Of a stretch of DNA of 64,000 nucleotides, positions 62,952 through 64,000 are shown piece after piece (positions within the stretch are counted from its first letter, which is position 1; every line of letters starts with the position of its first letter). The notes under the pieces are model-generated. The model ran no database searches. It was not told the origin of the DNA and saw nothing but the letters and a program-made list of their open reading frames with translations. The stretch is from Cladosporium halotolerans. Its lineage: Eukaryota. Location: contig NW_027191455.1 of NCBI RefSeq assembly GCF_011745625.1, positions 434,001 through 498,000 of the forward strand. Direction: 5' to 3'. The translations under genes were made by a program, and so were the position numbers.

Positions 62952-64000
62952 ATGGACGCTCAGCATTCCATCTTCTCGCCCTCCACGTGCTTCACGGTGG
63001 CCTGTGTCGCATTTTCATTCCTCGCAGTCTCCAGCGTCTGGAAGGGTGCGGCCAAAGAACCTGAAGTCAAAGATTCACGCCCGCGCCACCGAAGAAGAGT
63101 AGCGGTCGACAGTCTCTACGCAGACGCGTCAAGTTCGAGCAATGGCGAGCCGGAATCACCTTTGACTGTCCTGGCAGAGCTCATCAGCTCCAGCGCGAAG
63201 CTCTCTGGTAGACTTCGCAATGGCGGGTCCGACTATGAGACCACAGCCCTTCTAAGCGAGCTGTCGCTCCTCACCGCAAACCTATGCCAGCTACAGGCTG
63301 CGGTATGCAACAATGTTGGGGCTATTGCCCCCGGCACGGGCGCTGGAGCTTGCTTTACGGCGTCGGCAAGCTCCTTGAACGCAACATTGAGACTGATTTC
63401 AGGCCGGTCAGCCCAAGAATCTACGGCAGAAAAGTCCGATGTTCTTCGCAACGGCCTGGAGCAACTACAAGCGCAAAAGCCTGCTCTGGAGTTCCTACTG
63501 AGCACCTTGAATACCTCCGGACTGCCTCCAACCCCACCCTCTGAGCAGAGCAAAGATGATTTCTTGAAACCGGCAGAAGCGGACATGCTCGGCTCCATAC
63601 CGACAGGCATGACACCGGGAACTGAGGCCAGGGAGTGGATGGAACCACCTCCAGAGTACAGTCCTCCCTCCAGCTCCAGCACGGTAGTCTTGGCGGAAAA
63701 AGTGAAGGAGAAGAAAGACGTCGCAGAAGAGGCGAGCTCGCAGCCTCAGGTCGAGAATGGCGAGGGAGACGTCAATGGTGAAGCATTGTACCAGGCAGTC
63801 ACGGAGGACGACGCGCAAATCCTGTCCGATCTTCTGGAGGCGGGTCTTACTGCGAATGAAGCGTTTGGAGAGTTGCAACGTACGCCTTTGCATCAGGCTG
63901 CGCATCTAAATTTCTGCGCGTGCCTTGCGATACTCTTGCGGCACGGCGCAGACATGGGCGCGGAAGACTCGAAAGGCGACACACCACTGCATCTAGCAGC
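62952..64000 (+). CDS. Ankyrin-repeat protein, truncated by the window end
   Basis: Open frame from ATG 62952 to the end (absent from the ORF track because it has no stop). Hydrophobic N-terminus, helical region, PPEY motif, ankyrin repeats ALYQAV, RTPLHQAA..LLRHGAD, GDTPLHLA. Confidence 0.85.
   Translation, partial: MDAQHSIFSPSTCFTVACVAFSFLAVSSVWKGAAKEPEVKDSRPRHRRRVAVDSLYADASSSSNGEPESPLTVLAELISSSAKLSGRLRNGGSDYETTALLSELSLLTANLCQLQAAVCNNVGAIAPGTGAGACFTASASSLNATLRLISGRSAQESTAEKSDVLRNGLEQLQAQKPALEFLLSTLNTSGLPPTPPSEQSKDDFLKPAEADMLGSIPTGMTPGTEAREWMEPPPEYSPPSSSSTVVLAEKVKEKKDVAEEASSQPQVENGEGDVNGEALYQAVTEDDAQILSDLLEAGLTANEAFGELQRTPLHQAAHLNFCACLAILLRHGADMGAEDSKGDTPLHLA

Overview
Eukaryotic, intron-containing DNA from a filamentous ascomycete. 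GC-rich codons, GT-AG introns with CTAAC/CTGAC branch sites and RIP point to a Dothideomycete-like fungus (inference). The window is gene-dense, with about 24 mostly housekeeping or regulatory genes. These include cysteinyl-tRNA synthetase, a chromo/Hda2-3-like protein, a GFA protein, inositol 5-phosphatase, a CHY finger, proteasome alpha4, D-lactate/D-2HG dehydrogenase, SLX1, KDM5 demethylase, PL3 pectate lyase, CFIm25, a DUG3-like amidotransferase, GTP cyclohydrolase I, CTK1, Zn2Cys6 and bZIP factors, Stm1, a DOMON-cytochrome b561 and a partial ankyrin protein. One complete 2.95-kb PIF/Harbinger DNA transposon (31-bp TIRs, AAT target duplication) has been inactivated by RIP and is invisible in the ORF track. 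The most unusual signals are: (1) two same-strand, out-of-frame overlapping ORFs at 40.3-42.7 kb that look like one bicistronic or dual-coding locus; (2) a recurring strand-symmetric switch from C/A-rich to G/T-rich sequence around CG-rich cores, independent of gene orientation; (3) a GC-AG intron that could switch the bZIP C-terminus; (4) a putative MITE/foldback element; (5) a 1-nt frameshift in a DUF1772-like gene. No rRNA, tRNA or CRISPR array was recognised. All family calls come from motif recognition, not database searches.
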